A stretch of 64,000 bases of DNA from Vulcanimicrobiota bacterium (GCA_963719905.1 CAVRDR010000007.1:21386-85385); one strand, 5' to 3'. Counted from the first letter of the stretch, positions 27,853-38,006 are shown. Translations and numbers: made by a program. Notes: generated by a model not told the origin, from the sequence alone.

Positions 27853-29118
27853 GTGCGGTTTATCGATGAGGCGCAGATCGCGGTTGCCGCCGGAGACGGG
27901 GGCGACGGTATCGTTGCATGGCGTCGCGAAAAATACGTTCCCAAAGGTGGACCGGCCGGCGGAGACGGCGGCCACGGCGGAAGCATCTTTCTCGAGGCGA
28001 CGCCCGAGCTTACGACGCTGGTTGAGTTTCGCTTCAGGCGCCGTTTTTCTGCGGATGCCGGCAAAACCGGCGGAAGTTCGAACAAGTCCGGGCGCAGCGG
28101 CGAAGATTTGACGATTCGCGTTCCGGTCGGGACGCTGGTCTTCAAGACTCGCGCGGACGGCACCGAAGATTTCCTGGCCGATCTCAAGGAGGCGGGTTCC
28201 CGCATCGTGGCCGCAAAAGGCGGTCGCGGCGGCCTCGGCAATCAGCACTTCGCCACGAGCGTTCGGCAAGCACCGCGTTTCGCCGAGCACGGCGAGCCCG
28301 GCGAACGCAACACGCTTCGCCTCGAACTGCGGCTTCTCGCGGATTGCGGGATCGTGGGCGTTCCAAACGCGGGAAAATCGACCTTGCTCTCCACGATCTC
28401 GGCTGCGCGTCCCAAGATCGCCGACTATCCCTTCACGACGCTCGAACCCCAGCTCGGCGTGGTGCGCGTCTCCGACGAAGAGTCGTTCGTGATGGTCGAC
28501 GTTCCCGGCTTGATCGAGGGCGCGCACGAAGGGATCGGCTTAGGGGATCAATTCCTCAAGCATGTCGAGCGAACGCGCGTGTTGGTCCATTTGCTCGATG
28601 GATCGAGGCCGCTTGAAGAGATCCTTGCGGAAAAAGCGACGATCGAAACGGAGTTGGGCGCCTGGAATCCGCAGCTTCGCGAAAAGCCGACACTCCTGGT
28701 CCTCAATAAGCTCGATCTTACCGAGGCTCGCGAGTCCTTGCGAGAGTTGCGGCGACGCTTCCCCGAGATTCGCGGCATCAGCGCAGCAACCGGCGAAGGC
28801 GTTCGCGACTTGACGCTCGCGGTTGCACGAACGATTGAAGCGGCACCGATGCCTGAGATCGTTGCGGAGCCTTCGGCACGGATCGAACTTGCGGCGCCGG
28901 CTGCCTTTTTAATCGAGCGTGGCGACGACGGAGCGTTCGTCGTTTCCGGTGACCGCATCGAGCGGCTCGCCGCAATGACGAATTTCGAATCCGACGAAGC
29001 ACTCGCGCGCTTTGAACGAGCGCTGGAGAAGATGGGAGTCGAGAAGAGACTTCAGGAGCTTGGCGCCGAGGAAGGGGACACCGTGCGAATCGGCGCGTAC
29101 GAGTTTACCTATTCATGA
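27853..29118 (+). CDS. obg: GTPase Obg/CgtA
   Basis: 421 aa, GTG start. (M)RFIDEAQIAVAAGDGGDG Obg fold, G1 GVPNAGKST, G3 DVPGLIEGA, NKLD, C-terminal OCT-like domain. Confidence 0.95.
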   Translation: MRFIDEAQIAVAAGDGGDGIVAWRREKYVPKGGPAGGDGGHGGSIFLEATPELTTLVEFRFRRRFSADAGKTGGSSNKSGRSGEDLTIRVPVGTLVFKTRADGTEDFLADLKEAGSRIVAAKGGRGGLGNQHFATSVRQAPRFAEHGEPGERNTLRLELRLLADCGIVGVPNAGKSTLLSTISAARPKIADYPFTTLEPQLGVVRVSDEESFVMVDVPGLIEGAHEGIGLGDQFLKHVERTRVLVHLLDGSRPLEEILAEKATIETELGAWNPQLREKPTLLVLNKLDLTEARESLRELRRRFPEIRGISAATGEGVRDLTLAVARTIEAAPMPEIVAEPSARIELAAPAAFLIERGDDGAFVVSGDRIERLAAMTNFESDEALARFERALEKMGVEKRLQELGAEEGDTVRIGAYEFTYS

Positions 29119-29732
29119 GAATCGGCGTCTTCGGCGGAACCTTCGATCCAATTCACAACGCGCATCTCTTCGTCGCCGAATCCGCGCGCCTACTCGAGCG
29201 GCTCGATCGCGTGCTCTTCGTTCCAACCGGTAATAACCACTATCGCGACAAGCCGCAGGCCGATGCCGCGCATCGATGCGCCATGATTCTGGGTGCCATC
29301 GAAAGCAACGCAGCGTTCGAGCTCGATCAAACCGATTTGCGCGATAACGCGACCGGATATACCGCCGATCTTCTGCCGCGACTGCAGGCCAAATACCGCC
29401 AAGCCCGCTTTACCTTCATCATCGGCGCCGACTCGCTGGCCAGTGCCACCTGGGTGCGCCTCGACGAGGTGCTCGAAGGTCTCGAGCGTTTCGCGATCGC
29501 GCCGCGCGCCGGTGTCGGCACCGACGCGCTCGCGCGCGTCATCGCCGCCGTTCCGCCGGCTCTGCGCGAACGCGTCACCACGCTTAATCTTCCCGAACTT
29601 CCGGCGTCGGCCACGCTGGTACGCAGTTTGTTATCGCAGGGGCGCAGCGTTCGATATCTCGTTCCGGAGCCGGTATGGGCGTATATCCTCGGTCGGGGCC
29701 TTTATGGCTATAACGGCGATGCGGGCACGTAG
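29115..29732 (+). CDS. nadD: Nicotinate-nucleotide adenylyltransferase NadD
   Basis: 205 aa, MRIGVFGGTFDPIHNAHL (HxGH-type motif). ATGA overlap with obg. Confidence 0.9.
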   Translation: MRIGVFGGTFDPIHNAHLFVAESARLLERLDRVLFVPTGNNHYRDKPQADAAHRCAMILGAIESNAAFELDQTDLRDNATGYTADLLPRLQAKYRQARFTFIIGADSLASATWVRLDEVLEGLERFAIAPRAGVGTDALARVIAAVPPALRERVTTLNLPELPASATLVRSLLSQGRSVRYLVPEPVWAYILGRGLYGYNGDAGT

Positions 29733-30135
29733 GCGGTTTCCGACGCTCATCGCGGCTTTGGCTGCAATCCTGAGCGCGTGCGCGCAGCAGTCCGCGAACG
29801 ATCGCGCACTGTGCGACGCGTATTCAAGCGCACGTTCGCACGTCGAAGTCGTTGCGGATGGAACGGCAGTGCGGCTCTTGGGCGTGCAGCCCGGCCGAAT
29901 CAGTCCGCACGAGGGCTTTCTCCTCAAACTCGGCTCGGGTTGCAACCTTACCGTACGCGTCGAGGCGAATACCGATTTTACCGGGCCGATACCACTTGCC
30001 CGTGGGCAACGAGTCCTGGTGAAAGGTGAGTACGAGTACTATCCGCTCGGCGGCGTGATCCACTGGACTCATCGCGATCCTCGAGGCCGCCACGAAGGCG
30101 GATACATCGAGGCGGACGGGCGTACGTACGATTAA
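29719..30135 (+). CDS. DUF3465-family lipoprotein
   Basis: Trimmed from track ORF 29293-30135 to ATG 29719 (MRARRRFPTLIAALAAILSAC lipobox). ...SPHEGFLLKL...GEYEYYPLGGVIHWTHRDPRGRHEGGYI matches the DUF3465 pattern. Alternative ATG at 29704. Confidence 0.55.
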   Translation: MRARRRFPTLIAALAAILSACAQQSANDRALCDAYSSARSHVEVVADGTAVRLLGVQPGRISPHEGFLLKLGSGCNLTVRVEANTDFTGPIPLARGQRVLVKGEYEYYPLGGVIHWTHRDPRGRHEGGYIEADGRTYD

Positions 30136-30136
30136 A

Positions 30137-30754
30137 TTGCCTATTTCGCGTATCGTACTGGCGAGTACGTCGCCACGCCGGTACGAGCTCTTGCGCACGC
30201 TCGGCCTCAAAGTCGATGTAGCACCCAGCGGCTACGAAGAGCTGCCGGTGCCAGGCCTCGCGCCGGCAGAGCTCGCGAGTTTTCACGCCGGCCAAAAACT
30301 GCGCGCCGTTCTGCGAAATCGCCAAGATCTAGCGAAAGACGTTCCGATTCTGGCCGCCGACACGATCGTGGACCTCGAGGGAACCGCGCTCGGCAAGCCA
30401 CGCGATCTCGACGAGGCGACGCACATGCTCACCCAACTCTCGGGGCGCGATCATCTGGTGCATACGGCCTTCGCCCTGGCCGTTGCGAATCGGCGCGAAT
30501 CCATAGAGGAGCGAGTCACGACACGCGTTCGATTCTACGCGCTGCGCGGGGAGGAGATCGCCGAGTATGTGGCGACCGGCGAGCCACTCGACAAGGCGGG
30601 CGCTTACGGAATTCAGGGCCGCGCCGCGTCGTTGATCGAGTCGATTGAGGGGGACTTCTATACCGTCGTCGGGTTGCCGCTGGCCCGCTTCATTCGTGCG
30701 CTGCGCCAGTTGGGATTTGCGCTCCCGGAAACGAATGTATCGGGCATGAGCTAA
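30137..30754 (+). CDS. maf: Maf-like nucleoside triphosphate pyrophosphatase
   Basis: 205 aa, TTG start. IVLASTSPRRYELL, ADTIV, KAGAYGIQG. Confidence 0.85.
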   Translation: MPISRIVLASTSPRRYELLRTLGLKVDVAPSGYEELPVPGLAPAELASFHAGQKLRAVLRNRQDLAKDVPILAADTIVDLEGTALGKPRDLDEATHMLTQLSGRDHLVHTAFALAVANRRESIEERVTTRVRFYALRGEEIAEYVATGEPLDKAGAYGIQGRAASLIESIEGDFYTVVGLPLARFIRALRQLGFALPETNVSGMS

Positions 30755-30850
30755 CCGCGCTCAAAGACACAAGAAGCCGGAGTCACCATTTTTACCTATC
30801 GAGACGAACGCAGGCTCTTTGCGATAATCGGCATCATCATCGCAGCGGCC

Positions 30851-31591
30851 TTGTTTGCCCTTTTGCAAATAGGCGCGCAGCGCTCGGGATCGGTAAGTCC
30901 GTTGACGACAACCGCAAGCGCTCTCTTCGGCATTGCGGAGACGGCGATCGCTGCGACGATTCGCGGAGCGCGGACGGTCGGGGTAACGGTCCTTGCGGTG
31001 CCGGGACTCGAAAGCGAGAACAGGCTGTTGCGGGCGCGCAACAAAGGGCTGATCGAAGAGAATGCACGCCTTCACGAGCTGGCGGCGCAATATGCTGCGG
31101 AGTCTTCGGTCCGTCCGGTCGTCGATCTCTACCACGGCATCGAAGCGCGCGTCGTCGGTTTCTCTCCGGAGAACGACTCCCGCGCGGTAACGATCGATAA
31201 GGGATTGCTGGCGGGGGTACGTCGTGACGAGGGCGTGCTCGCGGCGGACGGGGTGGTGGGACGCGTGGCCGCGGTAGGCCCATTTTCGAGCACCGTGGTG
31301 CTCGCGACGGATTACACGAGCCGCATCCCCGCAATCGTGCGGCGGGGGCGCTGGTGGGGGATCGCACGCGGAAATCTCGGCACCGTGGTCCTCGAGTACG
31401 TTCCGCAGGACGCTCGATTGCGCATCGGCGACGTCGTCGTGACCGGAGAGGGGCGGTCGTTTCATTCCGGCGTCCCGGTCGGGGTGGTGACGTCGATCGA
31501 GGGCGGCGACACGACGCTCTATCAAACCGCCGTCCTGCGCACGTATGTCGATCTCGGTGCGCTCGATCGCGTTGTCGTCGTCCCGCAGTAA
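30851..31591 (+). CDS. mreC: Rod shape-determining protein MreC (true start probably upstream, see findings)
   Basis: 246 aa from TTG 30851. Coiled-coil ENRLLRARNKGLIEENARLHEL, then beta-barrel domains (GVVGRVAAVGPFSSTVVL, GDVVVTGEG). The same frame is open back to 30755 and encodes the expected TM helix. Confidence 0.85.
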   Translation: MFALLQIGAQRSGSVSPLTTTASALFGIAETAIAATIRGARTVGVTVLAVPGLESENRLLRARNKGLIEENARLHELAAQYAAESSVRPVVDLYHGIEARVVGFSPENDSRAVTIDKGLLAGVRRDEGVLAADGVVGRVAAVGPFSSTVVLATDYTSRIPAIVRRGRWWGIARGNLGTVVLEYVPQDARLRIGDVVVTGEGRSFHSGVPVGVVTSIEGGDTTLYQTAVLRTYVDLGALDRVVVVPQ

Positions 31592-32099
31592 GCCACACGT
31601 TGCGCCGTTCGTCGGGCCGGCGTGGTATGTCGCTGCGGCGTGGTTGCTGGCAGCGACGGTCGCCCAGGCCACTTTCGGACATTTCCTTGCGATCCGCAGC
31701 GTCGTTCCGAGCTTCGTCCTGGTGGTGGTCGTGTGGTATGCCGTTCGTGCCGACGCCCGCCGCGCCGCAGTCTACGGCTTTTTCGCCGGCTTTTGCGAAG
31801 ACGCACTCTCTGCGCAGACGGGGGCCGCATGGACGATCGCGACGACCGTGAGTGCGCTTGTCGCCAGTCGTCTATCGCGAGGTTTCTTTGCCGACTCGGT
31901 TCCGCTCGTGACCGGAATCACGATCGTCGCCACGCTCCTGCGCGCCCTGCTTTTTTGGATCGTGATGGCGCTCACGGGATACCCGCCGGGCCTGGGGACC
32001 CTGCATTTCCATGAGGCGCTCTTCCAGGCCGCGCTGAACTCGATCGTCATCGTTGCGGCAATGCTCGTTGCGCGCCGTCTGGAGGGACGGCGGGAATGA
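31545..32099 (+). CDS. mreD: Rod shape-determining protein MreD
   Basis: Polytopic hydrophobic protein between mreC and mrdA (...VVPSFVLVVVVWYAV...FFAGFCEDAL...). Start uncertain: ATG 31545 overlaps mreC by 47 nt; GTG 31557 and TTG 31572 are alternatives. Confidence 0.7.
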   Translation: MSISVRSIALSSSRSKPHVAPFVGPAWYVAAAWLLAATVAQATFGHFLAIRSVVPSFVLVVVVWYAVRADARRAAVYGFFAGFCEDALSAQTGAAWTIATTVSALVASRLSRGFFADSVPLVTGITIVATLLRALLFWIVMALTGYPPGLGTLHFHEALFQAALNSIVIVAAMLVARRLEGRRE

Positions 32100-33956
32100 C
32101 ACGTCCGCCGAACGTGCCGCGCCAAATACCGTGGCGGCTTCCATCGTGGCGTCTCCTCGCCTTTTGCGCGTTCCTCGCCATTTCGTGCCTCGCGCTTCTG
32201 GCGCGGCTTGTCGAACTGCAGCTTGTCGACGGCGACCGGTATCGAGTTGCGGCACAAGCGAATCAGATTCGTCTCATCCCGGTGGCTGCGCCGCGCGGAA
32301 TGATCGTCGATCGGCATGGGGCCGTAATCGCGCGAAGTCGCCCATCGTTTGTGGTCGGACTCATTCCCTCGGAAGTGACCGACGTCAGTCACGAGCTTAC
32401 GATTCTTGCGAACGTACTCGACATCGATGCACGAAGATTATGGTATCGCCTGCTGCACCATCGCGGCGTCACGTATCCGAACTTCGAATCGGTCGCGAGC
32501 AGCGAACCGTACGGGCCGGTAATACTCGCGACGGATCTGCCCGTCGCGGCCGTCGCTCGTCTCTCCGAGGTACTCACCGATCTTCCCGGCGTCGACCTCG
32601 AAGCGCAGCCGATCCGCGATTACCCGCAGGGACCGGCAGGCTCGCATCTGATCGGCTACGTCGGCGCAATCAACCAAGAAGAATACGACCGGCTCAAGTA
32701 CCAGGGTTACTCGCCCAACGACGTGATCGGCAAAGACGGATTGGAGTTTGCCTACGACCAGTACTTGCGCGGTTCGCCCGGCGGTCAACGGGTCGTCGTC
32801 GACGCGACGGGCGCCGTCGTTTCGAGCGTCAAACTTGGATCGAAGGCGGCCGTCACGGGGGACACGCTCGTGACGAGCGTCGATTGGCGGCTGCAGCAGA
32901 TCGTTGAAAATGCGCTCGCCGCTGGAATCCGCGGGCTGGGGCGCGGCCGCCGCGCTCTCAGGCGCGGCCGTCGCCGAAGACCCGTGGACCGGCGGCATTC
33001 TGGCGCTGGCAAGTTATCCCAACTACGACCCGGACGACTTCGCCGCGAATCGTTGGAAGCGCATCGCGTTCGATCTTACCGACTCCGCGCAGCCCCTCTT
33101 CAATCGCGCGATTGCGGCCGCGACACCGACGGGGTCGACGTTCAAGATGGTCACCGGCTCCGCGGCGCTCACGGAGCGCGTCGTTCGAGTCGATCAAGTT
33201 GTCGACGATACGGGCGGTTGGAACTGCGGCGGTTACTACGCGCGGGACATTGCGGCCGGCGGCCTCGGCGACACGACTTTCGTTCCGGCGCTTGCCGCAT
33301 CGAGCGATGGATATTTCTTTCGCCTCTCGTGGTGGCTCGGTAATGCGCGTTTGCGCAAGTACGCGCTCGCATTCGGTTTGAATGCCAAGACCGGCATCGA
33401 TCTGCCCGGCGAGAACGAGGGTAATTGGCCGACCAGCGCCTGGGAGATGCGAGCGTTCGGCGTGCCGATGGAGCCGAGCGAGGCCTGTTTCTTGGGAATC
33501 GGGCAAGGCGCGATGCAAGCCACGCCGCTGCAGATGGTCAACATCGCCTCGGCAGTGATCAACGGCGGCACTCTTTACAAACCGAGGATCGTGCGCGAGA
33601 TCCGCAGCCCGGGCGGCCGGAGAGTCGCCCGTTTTTTACCGCGCATCATACGTCGCGTTCCCGTAACTTCAGCGGCACTCGCGGCGGTGCGCGAAGGAAT
33701 GTCAAAGGTCACCGACCCCGGCGGCACCGCGTACGGACTGGCGATCGACGGATTGCCGTTCTCGGGGAAAACCGGTACCGTCGAAACGGACGGCGGCGAT
33801 GGCCCGAATACGACCTGGTTCATCGCTTGGGCGCCGACCGTCCACCCGCGCCTTGCCCTCGCCGTCTTCGTCGATCGCAGCGGCGGCTACGGCGCAACCG
33901 TAGCGGCACCGATTGCACGGCAAATCCTCGTGAAGTACTTCAACAAAAAGCCGTAG
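32096..33956 (+). CDS. mrdA: Penicillin-binding protein 2 (elongasome transpeptidase), split by one apparent 1-nt frame change near 32935
   Basis: Track ORFs 32096-33343 (N-terminal TM plus dimerisation domain) and 32904-33956 (AAVAEDPWTGGILALASYPNYDP, STFK, SGKTGT) join into one PBP2. Confidence 0.85.
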
Positions 33957-34055
33957 TCACGAGCTCATGGCGCGGCTCGAACGTTCGCGCGCACCATTAT
34001 TCCAGGGTCCAACTCACGCTCGGGCGAAACGACGAGCGTTCTGGAGGTTGCACAA

Positions 34056-35252
34056 ATGCTCGCAGTTCACGAAGATCGGCTCGCCGCTGCAGTCGCGCGG
34101 CTGGGCTCGGAGAATGCATTTGAAATTTTAGCGCGGGCGCGTGAACTCGAAGCACGGGGCCGGCGTGTGGTGCACATGGAGATCGGCGAACCCGATTTCG
34201 ATACGCCCGAGACGATCAAGAAGGCGGCGGTCGACGCGCTCTATGACAACCACACGCACTATACGCCGTCGAGCGGCCTTCCCTCGCTGCGCACCACGAT
34301 CGCGCAATATGCCAGCGATTTTCGCCGCGTCACGCCGCCGTGGGGCCCCGAAAACGTCGTGGTCGGTCCGGGCGCCAAGCCCGTGATTTGGAACACGTTA
34401 AGCGCGCTACTCGACCCGGGCGACGAATTTGTTTACTTCGATCCGGCTTACCCCGCCTACGCGTCCTGCGCGAGTTATCATCAGGCGAAGATTCACGCGA
34501 TTCCGTTGCGGGAGTCGCGCAACTGGCGAATGGATCTCGACGAGTTCGCGCGCCTGGTTTCGGCCAAGACGAAAGTGGTCGTCATTAACTCTCCGCACAA
34601 TCCGACCGGTGGAGTCCTGACACGAGGGGATCTCGAGTGCATCGCCGAGCTGGCCCAACGCTTCGACTTTCTCGTCCTCGCCGACGAAATCTACAGCCGG
34701 AATTTTTACCTCGATGCGGAGTACGTCTCGATCGCGTCGCTGCCCGGGATGCGCGAGCGAACGATCGTCGTTGACGGTTTCTCGAAAGCCTATGCCATGA
34801 CCGGATGGCGTCTCGGCTACGCGCTGATGCCAGAGCACTTGGCGCGTACGGTGACGCTCTTCAACAACAATACCTTCAGCTGTGTCGCAACGTTCGTGCA
34901 AATGGCCGGTATCGCCGCGCTGACCGGATCGGACGAACCGGTGCTTGCGATGAACGAAATCTTTCGCGCCCGGCGCGACCGCCTCGTTGAAGGTCTCAAC
35001 GAGATTTCGGGCATCTCGTGCTTGTTGCCGGAGGGCGCGTTCTACGCGTTTCCCAACGTTTCGGCGATCACAGCGGACGATCGCGCGTTGGCCAAGTTTC
35101 TTTTGGAAGAGGGTGGAGTTGCGTGCGGCGGCGGCTCATCGTTCGGCGCGGCCGGCAAAGGCTATCTGCGCTTTTCATACGCGGCGTCGCTCGAGGACAT
35201 CGATTGGGCGCTCCACTCGATCGCGCAGACCTTACCGAAATTTAAGGGCTAA
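34056..35252 (+). CDS. Class I/II pyridoxal-phosphate aminotransferase (aspartate/aromatic type)
   Basis: 398 aa. NSPHNPTGG and SFSKAYAMTGWRLGY (PLP lysine motif). GGAGG Shine-Dalgarno sequence upstream. Confidence 0.85.
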   Translation: MLAVHEDRLAAAVARLGSENAFEILARARELEARGRRVVHMEIGEPDFDTPETIKKAAVDALYDNHTHYTPSSGLPSLRTTIAQYASDFRRVTPPWGPENVVVGPGAKPVIWNTLSALLDPGDEFVYFDPAYPAYASCASYHQAKIHAIPLRESRNWRMDLDEFARLVSAKTKVVVINSPHNPTGGVLTRGDLECIAELAQRFDFLVLADEIYSRNFYLDAEYVSIASLPGMRERTIVVDGFSKAYAMTGWRLGYALMPEHLARTVTLFNNNTFSCVATFVQMAGIAALTGSDEPVLAMNEIFRARRDRLVEGLNEISGISCLLPEGAFYAFPNVSAITADDRALAKFLLEEGGVACGGGSSFGAAGKGYLRFSYAASLEDIDWALHSIAQTLPKFKG

Positions 35253-35276
35253 ACGGTCTTCTCAACCATCGCACGC

Positions 35277-35423
35277 GTGGTTTTGGCGGCGGCGGTTATG
35301 TTGGCCGTCGCCGCAATCGTTTACGCGCTTTCCCACGGTCACGTCTTCCTCTTCCCCTTCGTGTTGATTCTCGGTGTGCCGCTAGCGGGGCTCTTGCGAC
35401 GTCCGCCTGGGCGTCACTTTTAG
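35277..35423 (+). CDS. Hypothetical 48-aa hydrophobic peptide
   Basis: Below the track size cutoff. GTG start. VVLAAAVMLAVAAIVYALSHGHVFLFPFVLILGVPLAGLLRRPPGRHF has two hydrophobic helices and third-position GC looks coding-like. Overlaps the trpS stop by 4 nt. Confidence 0.25.
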   Translation: MVLAAAVMLAVAAIVYALSHGHVFLFPFVLILGVPLAGLLRRPPGRHF

Positions 35424-36424
35424 ATCAACCTCATAGCGCGTTTGACGTCGCGTAGCACGCCGGCCGCGATTTCGCGTGCGCGTGCCGTTCCCGCCGCAAC
35501 GATCCGCTCGACCAGTGCCGGATCGCTGCGATAGTGCGCGTAGCGCTCGCGAACGGGCCGCAGATACGCATTCAACTGCTGAGCGAAGTCGTTCTTGTCT
35601 TGCACGCAGCCCAGAGCGCCGGAGCGGCATTCGGCTGCGACGCCGTCTACTCTAGCCGGGTTGACGAAATGCCACAATGTGAAAAGCGGACAAATTTCGG
35701 GCCGGCCGGGATCGCCGCGCCGGATCTTCTGCGGGTCGGTGAGCATGCCGCGAACTTTGCGCGCCGTCGTTTCTTCGTCATCGGCGATAAAAATCGCGTT
35801 GTCGTAAGATTTGCTCATCTTTCGGCCGTCGGTTCCCGGAACGTCCGGAAACTCCGAGAGCGTCGGCTTGGGCTCGACTAAGATCTCGCGCCCGTCTCCG
35901 TAAAGATAGTTGAATCGGCGTACGATCTCGCGGCCGAGCTCCAGGTTCGCAACTTGGTCGCGTCCGACGGGCACGTATTCGCCGCGAAAGACCGCGATGT
36001 CGCACAACTGCAGCAGAGGATAGCCTAGGAAGCCGTACGTGGCAATCTTCTGCCCAAGCGCTTCGATCTGTCCCTTATAGGTAGGTACGCGCTCGAGCCA
36101 CGAGACCGGCGTGATCATACCCAGAAGCGCTTGCAGCTCGCCGATTTCGGGCACGCCCGACTGCAGGAAGATCGTTGCCTCTTCCGGGTCGACGCCCGCG
36201 GCCAGCCATACCGCGACCATGTCGTCGCGCGCGCCGCGGATCTTTGCCGGATCGTCGAACTCGGTCGTGTACGCGTGGAGGTCTGCGATCTCGAAGAATG
36301 CGTCGGCGTTTTCGCAATAGGTCGCCCATTGGGTCAGTACGCCGACCAGATGACCGAGGTGGAGCGGCCCCGTCGGGCGCATTCCGGACATCACGCGGGG
36401 ACGCTGCGAGACGATATTGATCAT
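35420..36424 (-). CDS. trpS: Tryptophan--tRNA ligase
   Basis: 334 aa. HIGH-type motif PTGPLHLGHLVG and KMSKS present. Confidence 0.93.
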   Translation of the reverse strand: MINIVSQRPRVMSGMRPTGPLHLGHLVGVLTQWATYCENADAFFEIADLHAYTTEFDDPAKIRGARDDMVAVWLAAGVDPEEATIFLQSGVPEIGELQALLGMITPVSWLERVPTYKGQIEALGQKIATYGFLGYPLLQLCDIAVFRGEYVPVGRDQVANLELGREIVRRFNYLYGDGREILVEPKPTLSEFPDVPGTDGRKMSKSYDNAIFIADDEETTARKVRGMLTDPQKIRRGDPGRPEICPLFTLWHFVNPARVDGVAAECRSGALGCVQDKNDFAQQLNAYLRPVRERYAHYRSDPALVERIVAAGTARAREIAAGVLRDVKRAMRLI

Positions 36425-36451
36425 TCGCGCGTCAATGTTAGCACGTGAAGG

Positions 36452-37183
36452 TTAATGCCTTGCAAGCTGTGCGCGGACGTATGCGCGTGCCGCGCGCACC
36501 GCGTGTCCAATCGGCTTTCCGCCCGCGAGCTCGCACGCCAATGCCATCGCAAGCGTGCAGCCGGTTCCGTGCATCAAGCCTGCAACGCGCGGCTCGCTGA
36601 AGATTTCGACGCCGTCGGCGGTCGCGAGCGCGTCGGCCGGCGCGCCCTCGAGGTGGCCGCCCTTGAGGAGCACCGCGGCGGACCCCCGCGCCAGCAAGGC
36701 CGCAGCCGTCTCGCCGAGCGCATCGCGCGCTATCGAGGAGACTCCGAGCAAAAAAGCCGCCTCTTCTAGGTTCGGCGTCAGCACGACGCTGGCTATGCTT
36801 GCCAACTCGTCGCGCACGCCGTAACGGGCGGACGAATCGACCAGCTCGCCTCCGCGACTTGCGGTGAAGACGGGATCCACGACCGCAGGAATCCATGGAT
36901 GCGATTTCAACGGCTCTGCGACGGCGCGCACTGCGGCAAGTGTCGGGAGCGCGCCTATCCGGATGGCGGATGCGGAACTCCACGGGAGGACGGCGAGCTG
37001 CGCGGCGAGTGAATAGCCGGGAACAGGGTGGAGCGCCGTTACGCCGCCTCCGTCTTGCGCGCTCACCGCTGCAATGGCGGTGAAGACTCGGACCCCAAAT
37101 TCGGCTCCCACCACGATGTCGCGTCCGACGCCGGCGACGTTCCATGGGTGGGACGTGCCTATCGAAAGGACGATCGCGGTCAT
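36452..37183 (-). CDS. thiD: Hydroxymethylpyrimidine/phosphomethylpyrimidine kinase ThiD
   Basis: Trimmed to ATG 37183 (ATGA overlap with the thiE stop). VVDPVFTASRGGEL, LTPNLEEA, LLKGGHL, HGTGCTLAMALA. Confidence 0.85.
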   Translation of the reverse strand: MTAIVLSIGTSHPWNVAGVGRDIVVGAEFGVRVFTAIAAVSAQDGGGVTALHPVPGYSLAAQLAVLPWSSASAIRIGALPTLAAVRAVAEPLKSHPWIPAVVDPVFTASRGGELVDSSARYGVRDELASIASVVLTPNLEEAAFLLGVSSIARDALGETAAALLARGSAAVLLKGGHLEGAPADALATADGVEIFSEPRVAGLMHGTGCTLAMALACELAGGKPIGHAVRAARAYVRAQLARH

Positions 37184-37851
37184 GCGACTCCGTTGTGCTC
37201 CCCGAGATGCCACGCCTCGACGAGCTCGCGGGCCGCGCGTTGCGGGTGCGAGGCGTTGGAGACTGCGGAGATGACCGCAGCCATGACCGCGCCGCTGCGC
37301 CGTACTTGCGGAATGGTCGCAGCGGAGATGCCGCCGACCGCGGCGACCGGCCTCGCGCTCGCACCGACGAGCGCGCGCAGAGCGTGCGTTCCGATCGGCG
37401 CGCCTGCATCGCCTTTCGAGTGCGTTGCATATATGGAGCCCACGCCAAGATAATCGACGTCATCCGCGTTAGCGGCGCGCACCTCGTCGATCGTGCCGCA
37501 GGAGAGACCGATGAGCCGTTCGGGCAGCGCGCTGCGGACCGGCGCAACGCGCTCGAATCCAGCATCGCCCGGACCCAGATGCACGCCATCGCAATCGAAC
37601 GCGTCAGCCGCGTGCCAGTCATCATTCATGATCAACAGCGCATCCCGGTCGCGCGTCAAGGCGCGCAAGACTCGTACGCGCTCCGCCACGATTCCGGTCT
37701 TTGCCCGATACTGCACGACGCGAACGCCCGCGTCGAGAACGGCGCGTGCGAGTTCGAGCAGACGCGGCCCTTCGTTGAGAATGACGTAGATCCCGCACAG
37801 CAGCACGCCGCGCAAGGGACGCGTTACTCGCGCCGACGCGTCCGCTGCCAC
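37180..37851 (-). CDS. thiE: Thiamine-phosphate synthase ThiE
   Basis: 223 aa. VVQYRAK, GVHLG, YLGVGSIYATHSK, VAAVGGI. A GTG 37827 start is also possible. Confidence 0.85.
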   Translation of the reverse strand: MAADASARVTRPLRGVLLCGIYVILNEGPRLLELARAVLDAGVRVVQYRAKTGIVAERVRVLRALTRDRDALLIMNDDWHAADAFDCDGVHLGPGDAGFERVAPVRSALPERLIGLSCGTIDEVRAANADDVDYLGVGSIYATHSKGDAGAPIGTHALRALVGASARPVAAVGGISAATIPQVRRSGAVMAAVISAVSNASHPQRAARELVEAWHLGEHNGVA

Positions 37852-38006
37852 AGCACGACGTTCGCGATCAGATACGCAAAGAAGACGATGACGACGAAAA
37901 GCGCCAGTGCGGAATTGTGACGCGCGAGCGACATCGGCACGAGCAACGCGAAGCAGAGAACGCCGGCCATCAAGAGCGCGATGATTCGCGAAAACGGAAG
38001 GAACAT
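37824..38006 (-). CDS. Hypothetical small membrane protein
   Basis: 60 aa with two hydrophobic helices (MFLPFSRIIALLMAGVLCFALLV...LALFVVIVFFAYLIANVVLW) and a basic tail. Confidence 0.35.
   Translation of the reverse strand: MFLPFSRIIALLMAGVLCFALLVPMSLARHNSALALFVVIVFFAYLIANVVLWQRTRRRE

Noticed and set aside
36438-37625. 395-aa Arg/Ala/Pro-rich ORF on the minus strand. Similar long ORFs include 5045-6421 (+), 30761-31672 (-), 46266-47636 (-), 48177-49124 (-), 1559-2269 (+) and 13194-14363 (+).
   Set aside because: These are shadow ORFs typical of GC-rich DNA. They lie out of frame over, or antisense to, well-supported genes (thiD/thiE, lpxB, mreC, yidC, fabF, lptC-like, bamA). Their composition is low-complexity R/A/P/G-rich with no recognisable motifs.
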